From positions 992,001 through 1,056,000 of the forward strand of contig CAWEMM010000006.1 of NCBI GenBank assembly GCA_963810095.1: DNA of 64,000 bases, in the 5' to 3' direction. A program made the translations under genes and the position numbers. The notes beneath the pieces are model-generated. The model saw nothing but the letters and a program-made list of their open reading frames with translations, was not told the DNA's origin and ran no database searches. This document shows positions 1-9,510 of the stretch, piece after piece. This stretch comes from an uncultured Chloroflexia bacterium. GTDB lineage: Bacteria > Chloroflexota > Anaerolineae > CG2-30-64-16. Within the stretch, counting starts at the first letter, position 1. Every line of letters begins with the position of its first letter.

Positions 1-946
1 ACCTGATCCCCGAGGCCGACGTCAGCCTGCCGCCCGCCGATTCGGCTCGTTGGACACCGGGTTCCGCCCGGTCGCACTGGGCCTGGTCCCGCTCGATGCC
101 AGCCGTATCCTCGACGGCTACGTGACCTCAGGGCCGGGCGACCCGGTGCAGCTCGCCCACCAGCCATTCTGCGAAACGCTGCGCGTCTTCGGCCGGTTCG
201 GAGATAACGACCAGGTTTTGTTCTACCGGGTGCTCCTGGCTGCGGCGAAGCAAGATGCGGCCGGAAATTGGGTCGCGGACGGGCCGCCGGAGGACGTGGT
301 CGACCCGCTCAACAACCAGAAATGGAACGAGGCCGAGCGCGTTTGGAAGTGGCAGGTCCTCGGTCCCGACCCGGCGACACACGCCTATCGCAACGTCGAC
401 CGGGAGCCGGAAGCGGATTGGTTCGAGCACGAACTGAAGGTGACGTGGAACAGCGCCAACAAGACGGACGGCTACTACCTGCTCAAGATCGTGCCGTGCG
501 ACGAGCAGGGAACCCCGACGGGCCTGGGCTACGAGCTGCCGGTGCTCAGGACAGACAACACGCTGCCCCAAGCCGAGCTGACCGTACAGAACCCGCTGCC
601 CGACGCCAAGTGCGGCTCACTTACGCTGCGGGCCGATCGCGAGCTGACGTTCGCCGTGACCGCCTACAGCCCCGCGGGCCACATCCTCGAATACCAATTG
701 CTCGGAAACCGTGGGCTGACGGCCAGGGCCGCGGGAGACGCGGTGACGGGGGCCCGGCCGGCCGGAGCAAAGTGGAACGGCGTGTACCAGGCGCCCACCG
801 TCTTTACCGTGAACGCCGACGCGTCAGGCTGCTCGGCTGTGGCCTACAACTTCGAGTTGATGGTCCAGGGTGCGGCCACCAACGGCTACAGCTCGTGGCT
901 GTACTCCAGGCGCGTCTGGAAACAGACCAACCTCGTCGTGTATTAG
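1..946 (+). CDS. Hypothetical beta-rich protein, C-terminal part (5' end lies outside the window)
   Basis: The ORF 50..946 has strong GC3 codon bias and ends in TAG at 944-946. There is no convincing start, so the gene probably continues upstream. Confidence 0.7.
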   Translation, partial: PDPRGRRQPAARRFGSLDTGFRPVALGLVPLDASRILDGYVTSGPGDPVQLAHQPFCETLRVFGRFGDNDQVLFYRVLLAAAKQDAAGNWVADGPPEDVVDPLNNQKWNEAERVWKWQVLGPDPATHAYRNVDREPEADWFEHELKVTWNSANKTDGYYLLKIVPCDEQGTPTGLGYELPVLRTDNTLPQAELTVQNPLPDAKCGSLTLRADRELTFAVTAYSPAGHILEYQLLGNRGLTARAAGDAVTGARPAGAKWNGVYQAPTVFTVNADASGCSAVAYNFELMVQGAATNGYSSWLYSRRVWKQTNLVVY

Positions 947-1006
947 CCGTGTTTGGGGCGAGCGAAAGAGCCCGGCTGGCACTGCCGTGAAAGCGAGAGC
1001 AGTCCG

Positions 1007-2364
1007 ATGAAACCGTCGCAGTACAACTGCTTCTATGCGATCGACGACGCCGTGATCCTGGGCTTCAACACCCTCTCGACCGCGCTGCTGGCGCTGACGC
1101 CGGCCGAATTCGCCGGGCTCCGCTGCTTCTGCGCAGAGCCCGGCGCCGGGGCATTCGATCGCCTGGCGCTGCCGCAACTGGGGCGGCGGCTGGCCGAGGC
1201 CGGCATGGTTGTGGACGCAGAGACGGACGAACTGGCGCAGGTACGCGCCGCGGCAAGAGGCGCTGCGCGGCGCGGGTCGCTGCCTGAGCCTGACCATTAC
1301 ACCCACGTTGGATTGCAATTTCCGGTGTGCATACTGCTTCAGCTATTTGCAGCGGGGCCGGATGACGAGCGAGACCCAGGATGCGGTGGTGCGGTTTGCC
1401 GAGGCCCGGTTCGACAAGGTGGAAAAGCTGGCGCTCAAGTGGTATGGCGGCGAGCCCACGCTTTGCCTTGACGTGATCGAGAGGCTGGCGGGCCGGCTGC
1501 GAGAGGCCGCCGCACAGCACGGTGTCACCGTCGAAGGCGACGGCATCGTAACGAACGGGTACGTTTTGAACCGGCGGACGGGGGAGCGGTTACGGGGTGC
1601 GGGGATCACGCGGGCGCAGGTCACACTCGACGGCGCCCGCGCGACCCACGACGCCCGCCGTCCGCTGCTGGGCGGCGGTTCGAGCTTCGATCGCATCGTC
1701 GATAACCTAACCCAAGTTCACGACCTTATCGACATCGTCGTGCGCATCAACGTCGACCGGGGCAACTCCGGCGATGCCATACGAGTGCTCGACGCGCTGG
1801 CAGACGCAGGGCTCCGCGGCAAAGTCTGGCCCTACCTGGGGCATGTGCGGCCCTACTCCGACGCCTGCGGCGACATCGCCGGCGACTGCCTTTCGGATCG
1901 CGAGTTCAGCAAGCTGGCGCTGGCGCTGGCCAAAGAGGCGTTGCTGCGGGGCTTCGCCCTGGTCGACCTGCCGGAATCGCAGCTTGGCGGGGTGTGCGGC
2001 GCATGCCAGCCGCACAGCTACGTGGTTTCGCCCGACGGACTGCTGTTCAAGTGCTGGGCCGAGGTGTCCTGCGGCCCGGCAGCGTCGATCGGCTCGGTGT
2101 TTCGTGACGAACGCACGGCCGAGGAAGAGGCAAACCTGCGGCTGTACCTGGATTGGGATGTCACCCGTGACCACGAGTGCCGCGGCGTGCCGTATGCTCC
2201 CCATCTGCATGGGCGGCTGCCCCCACCAACGTCTGCGTCAGCACCGGCCCGCCTGCGCCTCATGGCGCTACACACTGGGCGAAACGCTGGGCTTGCAGCA
2301 CCAACTCAATGGGTTGACCGCGCGGTTGGCCGCCGAATCCACTGCGGCCGCCGCGCACGGATAA
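1007..2364 (+). CDS. Radical SAM/SPASM-domain protein, peptide-maturase type; two apparent +1 frameshifts (~1250, ~2185)
   Basis: N-terminus MKPSQYNCF..FNTLSTALL; CxxxCxxC motif CNFRCAYC; GGEP; VTNG; QVTLDG; SPASM Cys motifs CGAC..KCW..ECR/ACRMLPICMGGCP..C, spread over three reading frames. Confidence 0.85.
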
Positions 2365-2397
2365 GGGCGGATCACAGATCTTTAGAAGGAGCGTCCA

Positions 2398-2703
2398 ATG
2401 GAAGAGAGGAAACTGGTCCACACCTGCAAGGTCCTGGACAAGGGCCAGCTTGTGGTCAAGATCCACGTAGAGTGCGCCAAGACGCTCGAGCGTTTGGAGC
2501 ACGAGGAGTACGTCTGCGCACACTGGGATGAGCCTGGCTGCAAGTTCGACCTTGGTATCGACAAGCGGAACTGGGAGGAACTGGTCACGCAGGTGGTGAC
2601 CCAGCCGGTGCAGATGGCGCTGGCGGCCAAGGCTCTCCAGTACCAGGTGAAGGAGCTCACAACGGAAATCGCCACGCTGAAGAAGCAGGGCGTCCACAAC
2701 TGA
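2398..2703 (+). CDS. 101-aa hypothetical protein with 4 Cys and a C-terminal coiled coil; candidate substrate of the radical SAM enzyme
   Basis: AGAAGGAG RBS before the ATG, typical codon usage, 33 bp downstream of the radical SAM gene. Confidence 0.75.
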   Translation: MEERKLVHTCKVLDKGQLVVKIHVECAKTLERLEHEEYVCAHWDEPGCKFDLGIDKRNWEELVTQVVTQPVQMALAAKALQYQVKELTTEIATLKKQGVHN

Positions 2704-2708
2704 TCGAC

Positions 2709-2780
2709 GGGGGAACAAACAATCCCTGCGCGTCCCGGCTCGCGGCCGCCCTCCTTCCGGGCTGCGCAGGGATTCTCCCC
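2709..2780 (+). terminator. Long hairpin between convergent operons
   Basis: Inverted repeat AATCCCTGCGC...CCCGG / CCGGG...GCGCAGGGATT. Confidence 0.5.
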
Positions 2781-2837
2781 TTAAATGATCCGGGCAGAGA
2801 ACCTCGTTGTCCCCTGCCCGCAAGATGGCGTGCGCAT

Positions 2838-2872
2838 GAGAAACCAGGTTTCTTCGAGAAGCCTGGCTTTTC
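2838..2872. repeat. REP-like palindrome (AAACCAGGTTTC type)
   Basis: GAGAAACCAGGTTTCT-TCG-AGAAGCCTGGCTTTTC; a related copy lies at 42269..42300. Confidence 0.5.
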
Positions 2873-2877
2873 GGTTC

Positions 2878-3555
2878 TTACACCGGCGGGGCGGCGCGGC
2901 CCAGCAAGGCGGCCAGCGCATCACGCTGGTCGGTGTTGATAACTGCCAATACCTCATCGCCCGCATGCAACTGGGTATCGCCGCGGACCGCGTACACGTC
3001 TTCCTTGCGGATCACCGCTGCCAGAGTGCAGTCTTCGGGCAGCTTCAGATCACGGACGAATGCACCGTCGGCCGGCGCGCCCGGCACGATCTTCTCCTCG
3101 ACCAGCGCGACCGCGCCCTTGCGCAGCTTGAGGAGGGTCATCATGTCGCCCAGCGACATCTCCTCCGCGATCAGCTTCGCCATCAAATCGGCCTGGTTCA
3201 GGGCCACGTCTACGTGGAACTTCTCGTCAAAGAACCAGGCGCTGCGCGGGTTATTGATGCGCGCAATCGTGCGGCCCACGCCATACCGCTCGCGCGCCAT
3301 GTAACACAGCACCAGGTTGTCCGCATCGTTCGTCGTGCACGCCGCCAGGACCTGCGCATCCCGAATCCCCGCGCTCTCCAGCACGACCGGGTTCGTCGGA
3401 TCGCCTTGGAAGATCACCTCGGTCGGCAGTTCATGATGAATGCGATCGAGCACATCCGTGCGCTGCTCGACCAGGTGCACCCGGTGGTTCCCGTTCACAA
3501 GCACCGATGCGAGTTGGGCGCCCGTGCGGCCGCCGCCAGCAATCACGACAAACAT
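2878..3555 (-). CDS. trkA: TrkA-family K+ uptake NAD-binding (RCK) protein
   Basis: MFVVIAGGGRTG Rossmann motif, GDPT, ARINNP and a C-terminal TrkA-C domain. Confidence 0.9.
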   Translation of the reverse strand: MFVVIAGGGRTGAQLASVLVNGNHRVHLVEQRTDVLDRIHHELPTEVIFQGDPTNPVVLESAGIRDAQVLAACTTNDADNLVLCYMARERYGVGRTIARINNPRSAWFFDEKFHVDVALNQADLMAKLIAEEMSLGDMMTLLKLRKGAVALVEEKIVPGAPADGAFVRDLKLPEDCTLAAVIRKEDVYAVRGDTQLHAGDEVLAVINTDQRDALAALLGRAAPPV

Positions 3556-3556
3556 C

Positions 3557-4216
3557 TCAGACCTCCTCGACCTCGCTCAGTCGCTTGCGCAAACCTTCGA
3601 TGCCGTCCTGCGTCGCGCTGACGTGGATGACGTCGCCGCCTCGCAGGGGCAGGCTCGGCGACGGCAGCATGGCCCGGCCAGCACGCGATACCGCGACCGG
3701 CTGGCAGTTGCCGTTGTAGAGCACCTCCGTCAGGTGCTTGCCGTTCCACGCCTTCGGCACCGTGAACTCGTAGACCTCGACCTCGCCGTTGCCGGCCGAG
3801 AAGACCGTTCGCAGCGAGCCGCCACCTAACATCTCTTCGATGCGCTGAGCGCCCCAGACACTCGGGCTGACGAGTTGGTAGCCAAATGCTTCGTGCAGGC
3901 CGCGCTTGGAGGGCTCGTAATCGCGGACGACAATGTTCTTCACGCCCCACACGGTCCGCGCCGCGTGCGCGACGACCGCGTTGACCGAATCCACCGGCGT
4001 TACGGCGGCCAGCGCGTCTGCGGTTTCAATGCCGGCCCGCAGCAAAAGCTCTCTGCTCAGCACCTCGCCAGCGAGGGTGCGGCCACGGAAGTCGGCCGGC
4101 AGGTTTTTGAAGGCGTCCGGGTCGCGGTCGAGCACGACGACCTTCTGTCCTCGTTTGTAGAGGTTGTAGGCCAATTCCGAGCCGACCCGGCCGCAGCCGA
4201 CGACAATCACGTTCAT
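3557..4216 (-). CDS. trkA: TrkA-family K+ uptake RCK protein (second paralogue)
   Basis: MNVIVVGCGRVG motif plus a TrkA-C domain; tandem with the first copy, as in the CeoB/CeoC arrangement. Confidence 0.9.
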   Translation of the reverse strand: MNVIVVGCGRVGSELAYNLYKRGQKVVVLDRDPDAFKNLPADFRGRTLAGEVLSRELLLRAGIETADALAAVTPVDSVNAVVAHAARTVWGVKNIVVRDYEPSKRGLHEAFGYQLVSPSVWGAQRIEEMLGGGSLRTVFSAGNGEVEVYEFTVPKAWNGKHLTEVLYNGNCQPVAVSRAGRAMLPSPSLPLRGGDVIHVSATQDGIEGLRKRLSEVEEV

Positions 4217-4245
4217 GTAATTCCTCTATCTGATTGACTGCTTGA

Positions 4246-6186
4246 CTATTGCACCTGGTAGGGCACATCTGTGATGACGATGCCCGGCCGGCCACGTAAC
4301 GCCAACGACAGCCAGGTCGCAGCCTGGGTGTGCAGGAGGTTGGCGGCCGCCTGCTTCGGCACGAACTGCGGCACCACGACTGTAATCATGTCATTCGGCT
4401 GCCGCTCGCGATCGATCGTGTCGATGTACTCGAGCATCGGCTCCATCAGCAGCCGGTACGGCGATTCGAGCACCACGAGCCGCACGCCTTCACCCCACGT
4501 CTCCCACTTGTTGCGCACGCGCTCCGTGTCCTCCGGATCGATCGACACGTGCACCGCCGTGACGTCCTTCGACAGCCCCTGCGCGTAGCGCAGTGCAGCA
4601 AGCGTTCCGCGGTGCACCCCGCTAACCGGCAAAATCACCCGGTGGCGCGAGATTGGCGGCGGTTCGCCGAAATCCTCCAGCGAGAGCGACCGCGCCAGCC
4701 CACGGTAGTGCCGGTGGATTGCGTTCAAGCCAAAGACGACGATCGGGATCAATATCAGGATGATATACGCACCGTCCCTGAACTTCGCCACCGCAAACAC
4801 GATTGCAACGACCGCGGTCAACACGGCACCAAAGCCGTTGACAAACATCTTCCCGCGCCAACCCGGCTCGAAGCGCAGCGTCGAGCCCCGCTCCTTGATC
4901 TCCTCGTCACCGCGCAACTGGCCGATCTTGCGCCAGCGGATCGCCATCCCGGTCTGCGAGAGGGTGAACGAGAGAAAAACGCCGATCGCATAGAGCGGGA
5001 TCAACGCGGTCACCGACGCCTTGAAGATGACGATCAGGATCGAGGCCATCAGCGCCAACACGATGATGCCGCGAGAGAACACGAGACGGCTGCCCCGGTA
5101 CGCGAGTTGGCGCGGCAGAAATCCGTCCTGGCCCAGCAGCGCCGCGAGCCGTGGAAAGTCCGCGAACGCGGTGTTGGCCGCCATGATCAGGATCAGCGCC
5201 GTGGCTGCCATCAACAGCCCATACCCCAAGTTCCGCCCGTCAAATACGGTGCGGCCGATCTGCGAGATAACCGTTTCGAGCTCCGACGGCACTGCGCCGA
5301 TCTTGACGGCCAGGAACGTGATGCCGAGCAGCAGCACCCCCAGGATCGACGACATCCAGATCAAGGTGATGCCAGCGTTGCGGCTGCGCGGCTCTTTGAA
5401 CGCGGGAATGCCGTTCGAGATGGCCTCCACCCCGGTCAGCGCGCTGGTCCCGTTGGCGAACGCCCGCAGAATGAGGAAGAGCGAAACGGCTTGTGCCCCG
5501 TGAATCATCTCGAGCTCGGGCGGGTCGACCACCGTGCCCAGGCTGCCGGTGAGGTAGCGGAACAGGCCCAAGAGCACGGTCGCAAACATCATGACGATGA
5601 AGAAGTACGTCGGGATGGCGAAGATCGTCCCTGATTCCTTTACCCCCCGCAGGTTAATCACCATGACCAGCACGACCAGCGCCACCGCGATCTCGACGCG
5701 CCACGGGAACAGGGCCGGCACGGCCGACGTGATCTGCGCCACACCAGAGGAGATAGACACGGCGACCGTCAGGATGTAGTCCATCAACAGCGCCGCGCCG
5801 GCCACCTGCGCGGGCAACTCGCCCAGGTTGTCGCGCGAGACAATGTACGCGCCGCCGCCCGACGGGTACGCATGGATCGTCTGCTCGTATGAGATGGTTA
5901 CAATGGCGAGCAAGCCGACAATCGCGATCGATAGGGGAATGGCATAGTGAAACGCCGCCGTGCCCGCAAGCGCCAGGATGACCAGCATTTCCTGCGTGGC
6001 ATACGCGGACGACGACATTGCGTCGGAAGAAAAGACCGCCAGCCCCACGATCTTGCGAATCGCCTGGTGCGGTGCGTCGGCGGTCGTGAGCGGTCGGCCA
6101 AACAGCCAAGTGCGCCAGGACCGGCCGGGAACGTACCCGGCCGTGCGGTGTTGGACCCCAACGGGGTCTTCATCAGGACGTAGCAT
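4246..6186 (-). CDS. APC-superfamily KimA/YdaO-like K+ transporter
   Basis: GLAVFSSDAMSSSAYATQE, AYPSGGGAYIV, DYILTVAVS, GVEAISNG, LIPLYAIGVF; cytosolic C-terminal domain with ESPYR. Confidence 0.88.
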   Translation of the reverse strand: MLRPDEDPVGVQHRTAGYVPGRSWRTWLFGRPLTTADAPHQAIRKIVGLAVFSSDAMSSSAYATQEMLVILALAGTAAFHYAIPLSIAIVGLLAIVTISYEQTIHAYPSGGGAYIVSRDNLGELPAQVAGAALLMDYILTVAVSISSGVAQITSAVPALFPWRVEIAVALVVLVMVINLRGVKESGTIFAIPTYFFIVMMFATVLLGLFRYLTGSLGTVVDPPELEMIHGAQAVSLFLILRAFANGTSALTGVEAISNGIPAFKEPRSRNAGITLIWMSSILGVLLLGITFLAVKIGAVPSELETVISQIGRTVFDGRNLGYGLLMAATALILIMAANTAFADFPRLAALLGQDGFLPRQLAYRGSRLVFSRGIIVLALMASILIVIFKASVTALIPLYAIGVFLSFTLSQTGMAIRWRKIGQLRGDEEIKERGSTLRFEPGWRGKMFVNGFGAVLTAVVAIVFAVAKFRDGAYIILILIPIVVFGLNAIHRHYRGLARSLSLEDFGEPPPISRHRVILPVSGVHRGTLAALRYAQGLSKDVTAVHVSIDPEDTERVRNKWETWGEGVRLVVLESPYRLLMEPMLEYIDTIDRERQPNDMITVVVPQFVPKQAAANLLHTQAATWLSLALRGRPGIVITDVPYQVQ

Positions 6187-6293
6187 ACATGCTAGGAAAG
6201 CGCTGAGAGGCGCGTCCCAACTTCCTCACTTCCACAACTCGGAGAAAAACATACAGAGCGATATGGGCCGCTCCAGGAAGCGCTCACGTAAAC

Positions 6294-6323
6294 AAAAAAA
6301 CCCACCCGTAGAACGGGCAGGCC
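6294..6323 (-). terminator. Intrinsic terminator in the 5' leader of the KimA-like operon
   Basis: On the minus strand: CCTGCCCGT-TCT-ACGGGTGGG followed by T7. Confidence 0.7.
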
Positions 6324-6348
6324 TTGCCGGATACGTTGCTTCTCAACC

Positions 6349-6376
6349 ATTATACTCTGCCCCACTGGACTGTCAA
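6349..6376 (-). promoter_or_regulatory. Consensus sigma70/sigmaA promoter for the KimA-like operon
   Basis: TTGACA-16 bp-TATAAT on the minus strand. Confidence 0.75.
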
Positions 6377-6464
6377 ACGTCGCAGAGACTGTTCCAAGTT
6401 CCACCATTCAGGTCACGCCCCCAGAAGTGCGAAGGCGACTTTATAAACTATATGATTAACTTAC

Positions 6465-6493
6465 TTGACAAAGGCCGGTCCAGGGACTACACT
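6465..6493 (+). promoter_or_regulatory. sigma70-type promoter of sodA
   Basis: TTGACA-17 bp-TACACT, preceded by an AT-rich stretch. Confidence 0.65.
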
Positions 6494-6608
6494 GACACAC
6501 CGTTGCACCGATCGTATGGTTTTGGTCGGGTTGGCTGTGGGCCGCGGCTCGCTGTCGATAACCTGCCAGGACCCCCGATCGAATCCATGGATTGAGGGGG
6601 GTTTTCGC

Positions 6609-7208
6609 ATGGCACACCAGTTGGCTCCGCTTCCGTATGCGTTCGACGCGCTGGAACCGTACATTGACGCCAAGACGATGGAGATTCACCACGACAAGCA
6701 TCACGCAGCCTATCTGAACAACCTGAACAAGGCGCTCGAAGGCAGCGAGTGGGAGAATATGCCGGTCGAGCAGTTGCTCGCGAACCTGGACCGGGTCCAC
6801 GAGAACATTCGCACCACGGTGCGCAACAACGGCGGCGGCTACGTTAACCACAACCTCTTCTGGCAGATCATGGGCCCCAACGCGGGCGGGTCGCCGACCG
6901 GCGAGCTGGCTGCCGCGATCGAGCGCACCTTCGGCAGCTTTGCTGCATTTCAGGAGAAGTTCGCCACAGCGGCCGCGACCCGCTTCGGCAGTGGCTGGGC
7001 GTGGCTCGTTCAGAAGCACGACGGGAGCCTCGACGTCTACAGCACTCCCAACCAGGACAGCCCGCTCATGACCGGCGACAAGCCGCTGCTGGGCCTGGAT
7101 GTCTGGGAGCATGCGTACTACCTTAAGTACCAGAACCGCCGTCCCGAGTACATCGCCAACTTCTGGAACGTCGTCAACTGGCCGGCTGTGACCAAGAACT
7201 TCCGCTAA
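6609..7208 (+). CDS. sodA: Superoxide dismutase, Mn-type
   Basis: [42 protein letters not shown]. Confidence 0.95.
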   Translation: MAHQLAPLPYAFDALEPYIDAKTMEIHHDKHHAAYLNNLNKALEGSEWENMPVEQLLANLDRVHENIRTTVRNNGGGYVNHNLFWQIMGPNAGGSPTGELAAAIERTFGSFAAFQEKFATAAATRFGSGWAWLVQKHDGSLDVYSTPNQDSPLMTGDKPLLGLDVWEHAYYLKYQNRRPEYIANFWNVVNWPAVTKNFR

Positions 7209-7215
7209 GGTTTCT

Positions 7216-7253
7216 TTTTAGGGGATGAGGGCCCGGGCCCTCATCCCCTAAAA
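7216..7253. terminator. Perfect 38-bp palindrome; probable terminator after sodA
   Basis: TTTTAGGGGATGAGGGCCC|GGGCCCTCATCCCCTAAAA. Confidence 0.7.
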
Positions 7254-7364
7254 TAAATTCTTGAACTTCGGTCATTTTTCCCGTAACATTTGCCCTCTCC
7301 CACACGTCTCCTTATCTCAGAAATGCAGAAAACCAGTCGCCTGCGGGCCCCTGGAGGGATAAAG

Positions 7365-7976
7365 ATGACCGAACCACTGCGCAGCGGCCGGCGCGAACAG
7401 GCCAAGCTCGAACGCCGGGAGCGGATCTACGAAGCCGCTCTGAACCTGTTCCGGGAACAAGGTTACGAAAGCACCACCGTCGATCAGATCACGCGCTACG
7501 CGGGGCTGGCGAAAGGCACGTTCTTCAATTACTTTCCGACCAAGGACGCGGTGCTTCGTTATCTGGGCACTCGTGAAATCGGCCGGCTCGGCTCCTCTTT
7601 GTCGACCAACGGGAACGGCCGCGGCACAGCCATTGGCAAGTTGAAGCGGCTGATGGCGGCCCTCGCGGCGAACCTCGAGGAAGACCGGCCGCTGGTCTCC
7701 CTGATCTTCCGCAAAGGCGTCACTGCGCCCGACCTGTTGGCGGGCGATGCCGGGGGCTTCAGCCTGCAGCCGGTCGCGTCGCTGCTCATCCGCCAGGCCC
7801 AGTACAACGGGGAGGTTAATCGGGACTTGGACCCCGACGGGCTCGCCGCCGCTTTGGACGCGCTGTACTTGCAGCAGCTCGTGCGCTGGTGCGAGAGCAC
7901 CCGACCCTATCCGTTGGCCGAACGGCTGACGGGGATTGTCGACCTGCTGCTCCTGGGCATCGGCTCGGCAGACTAA
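7365..7976 (+). CDS. TetR/AcrR-family transcriptional regulator
   Basis: RERIYEAALNLF..GYESTTVDQI..AGLAKGTFFNYFPTKD helix-turn-helix; GGAGG RBS. Confidence 0.92.
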   Translation: MTEPLRSGRREQAKLERRERIYEAALNLFREQGYESTTVDQITRYAGLAKGTFFNYFPTKDAVLRYLGTREIGRLGSSLSTNGNGRGTAIGKLKRLMAALAANLEEDRPLVSLIFRKGVTAPDLLAGDAGGFSLQPVASLLIRQAQYNGEVNRDLDPDGLAAALDALYLQQLVRWCESTRPYPLAERLTGIVDLLLLGIGSAD

Positions 7977-7995
7977 GAACTTGGAAGGTTTTGGG

Positions 7996-9417
7996 TTGAG
8001 CACAACCGAGGCAAGCAACATCGCAGACGCGGGCCAGGCCGGCTGGACGAGGGGCTTGGCCCGCGATTTATTCCCCGGTCCGGCCACGCCTTTTGCCTGG
8101 ACGCTGCTGGCTCCTGCGGCTGAAAAGGCTCTGCCCAACGTCTACAGCGAAGTGGGCGGGCAAACGAGCGCGAGTGCAGCCTTCTGGCGGCTGGAGCGCG
8201 GCTATGCATACCTGAACGCCGCAGCTCTTGCCGAGGCGGATCAAACGCTGTGTGGCGCGGCCTGGCTGGGGCCTGTGCAGCCGCCCGTGCCAGGGGGATT
8301 GCGTGGTCGCTTGCAGGCCGGCGGGGTCACTAAACGCTGCCAGGCCCGGCTCGCTTCTGCGGTGGGCGAGGCCTCGGGCCTGCAGACACGCCTCTCGCGC
8401 TGGCTGGCATGGGTTCAGGGCGTTAAGTGGTCGCAGGCCGACCTGTTGCAGGTGATGGAGGAGCTCGAGCCGCACGCCTTTTCTGCGTTGCAGGTCCATT
8501 TCTATGCACGCATGGGGCTAAATGTCGCCCGGGCCGCGCTCGAAGCACAGCTGCCCGAATGGCTGCCGGCCGCGCCTGACGTGGCGGCGGCACTCTCCAT
8601 CGGCGTCCCCGGCCTGCCTTCCGTCGCCATCGCCGAAGCGGTGCTCGATGCGGCCCGGCGTGAGCCGGCAGATCCGGAACGCTTGGCCACGCTGGCGCGC
8701 TCCGGCCACCGCGGGCCGGGGGAGATCCGGCCCGATGCCGCACGCTGGGCCGACGCCGCGGAGCTATTGGGCCGCTTGGCCGAGCATGGCACGCCCGTGT
8801 GGACGCAGGCAGCGGCCGGCGGTAGGCGCGAGGCCGCGCTGACGGAGCTAAAGCGCCGGCTGAATGGGGGCCAGTTCCGCCAGGCGGAAGAACTGCTCGC
8901 CGGCCTTGCAGGCGCCATGCGAGCGGCTGACGTTGCATGGGACTGCCTGGCCCTGGTCATGGCGGCGGCTCAGCGCTGGGCGGGTGCGGCGGCCCGTGAG
9001 GCGCTGGCGGCGGGCCTGATCGTACGGCCCGCCGATGTCCTGTACCTCGAGTTGGAAGAGTTGAAGCAGGTGGCCACCGGCGAATGGCACGCGGGCGACC
9101 GCGAAGAAGTCGGCGCCGCGGTTTCCCGGCGCATGGCAGAGGCGGTCGTCGCGCCCGCGCCGCCGGGCACATTGGCGGCCACGCTCGTCACTCCCGGCCC
9201 CTGCGCCGGACCACTCTACCGCGCATCTCCGTCCGACGTGCTGCCGCCTGCGGGCGCAAGGTGGTCGGCTGAGACAGCGGACGCCGGCTGTGCGCCGTTC
9301 TGGAACTTTGCGGCCTGCGTGGAAACGACGGGGGACGATGCGTGGTCGCCGGGAATGGTCGTCGCACGCGGGCTGGGCGTACCCGCGAGAGTCGGGGTTA
9401 CGCCTGCAGACGCGTGA
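7996..9417 (+). CDS. PEP-utilising enzyme / rifampicin-phosphotransferase-like protein lacking the ATP-grasp domain, with a degenerate phospho-His domain
   Basis: DLFPGPATPF, GHRGPGE, DVLYLELEEL; the C-terminal 'SPGMVVARGLGVPARVG' resembles SHAAIVARELGIPAVVG. Confidence 0.65.
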   Translation: MSTTEASNIADAGQAGWTRGLARDLFPGPATPFAWTLLAPAAEKALPNVYSEVGGQTSASAAFWRLERGYAYLNAAALAEADQTLCGAAWLGPVQPPVPGGLRGRLQAGGVTKRCQARLASAVGEASGLQTRLSRWLAWVQGVKWSQADLLQVMEELEPHAFSALQVHFYARMGLNVARAALEAQLPEWLPAAPDVAAALSIGVPGLPSVAIAEAVLDAARREPADPERLATLARSGHRGPGEIRPDAARWADAAELLGRLAEHGTPVWTQAAAGGRREAALTELKRRLNGGQFRQAEELLAGLAGAMRAADVAWDCLALVMAAAQRWAGAAAREALAAGLIVRPADVLYLELEELKQVATGEWHAGDREEVGAAVSRRMAEAVVAPAPPGTLAATLVTPGPCAGPLYRASPSDVLPPAGARWSAETADAGCAPFWNFAACVETTGDDAWSPGMVVARGLGVPARVGVTPADA

Positions 9418-9510
9418 CCCGCCGCCGGTCCCACCATCTCGTTCTGGAATCGCCCTTCTCTTGTACTCGCCCTGTAGGAATATCCCGCTCTGTGGTAATA
9501 TCCCGCACTA

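Noticed and set aside
6187-6345. Canonical c-di-AMP (ydaO) riboswitch before the KimA-like gene
   Set aside because: The conserved GCTGAATCC and CCGTCAGCTAAC segments are not visible and there is too little space before the terminator.
6441-6460. PerR/Fur box upstream of sodA
   Set aside because: TTATAAACTATATGA only partly matches TTATAATnATTATAA and may simply be an UP element.
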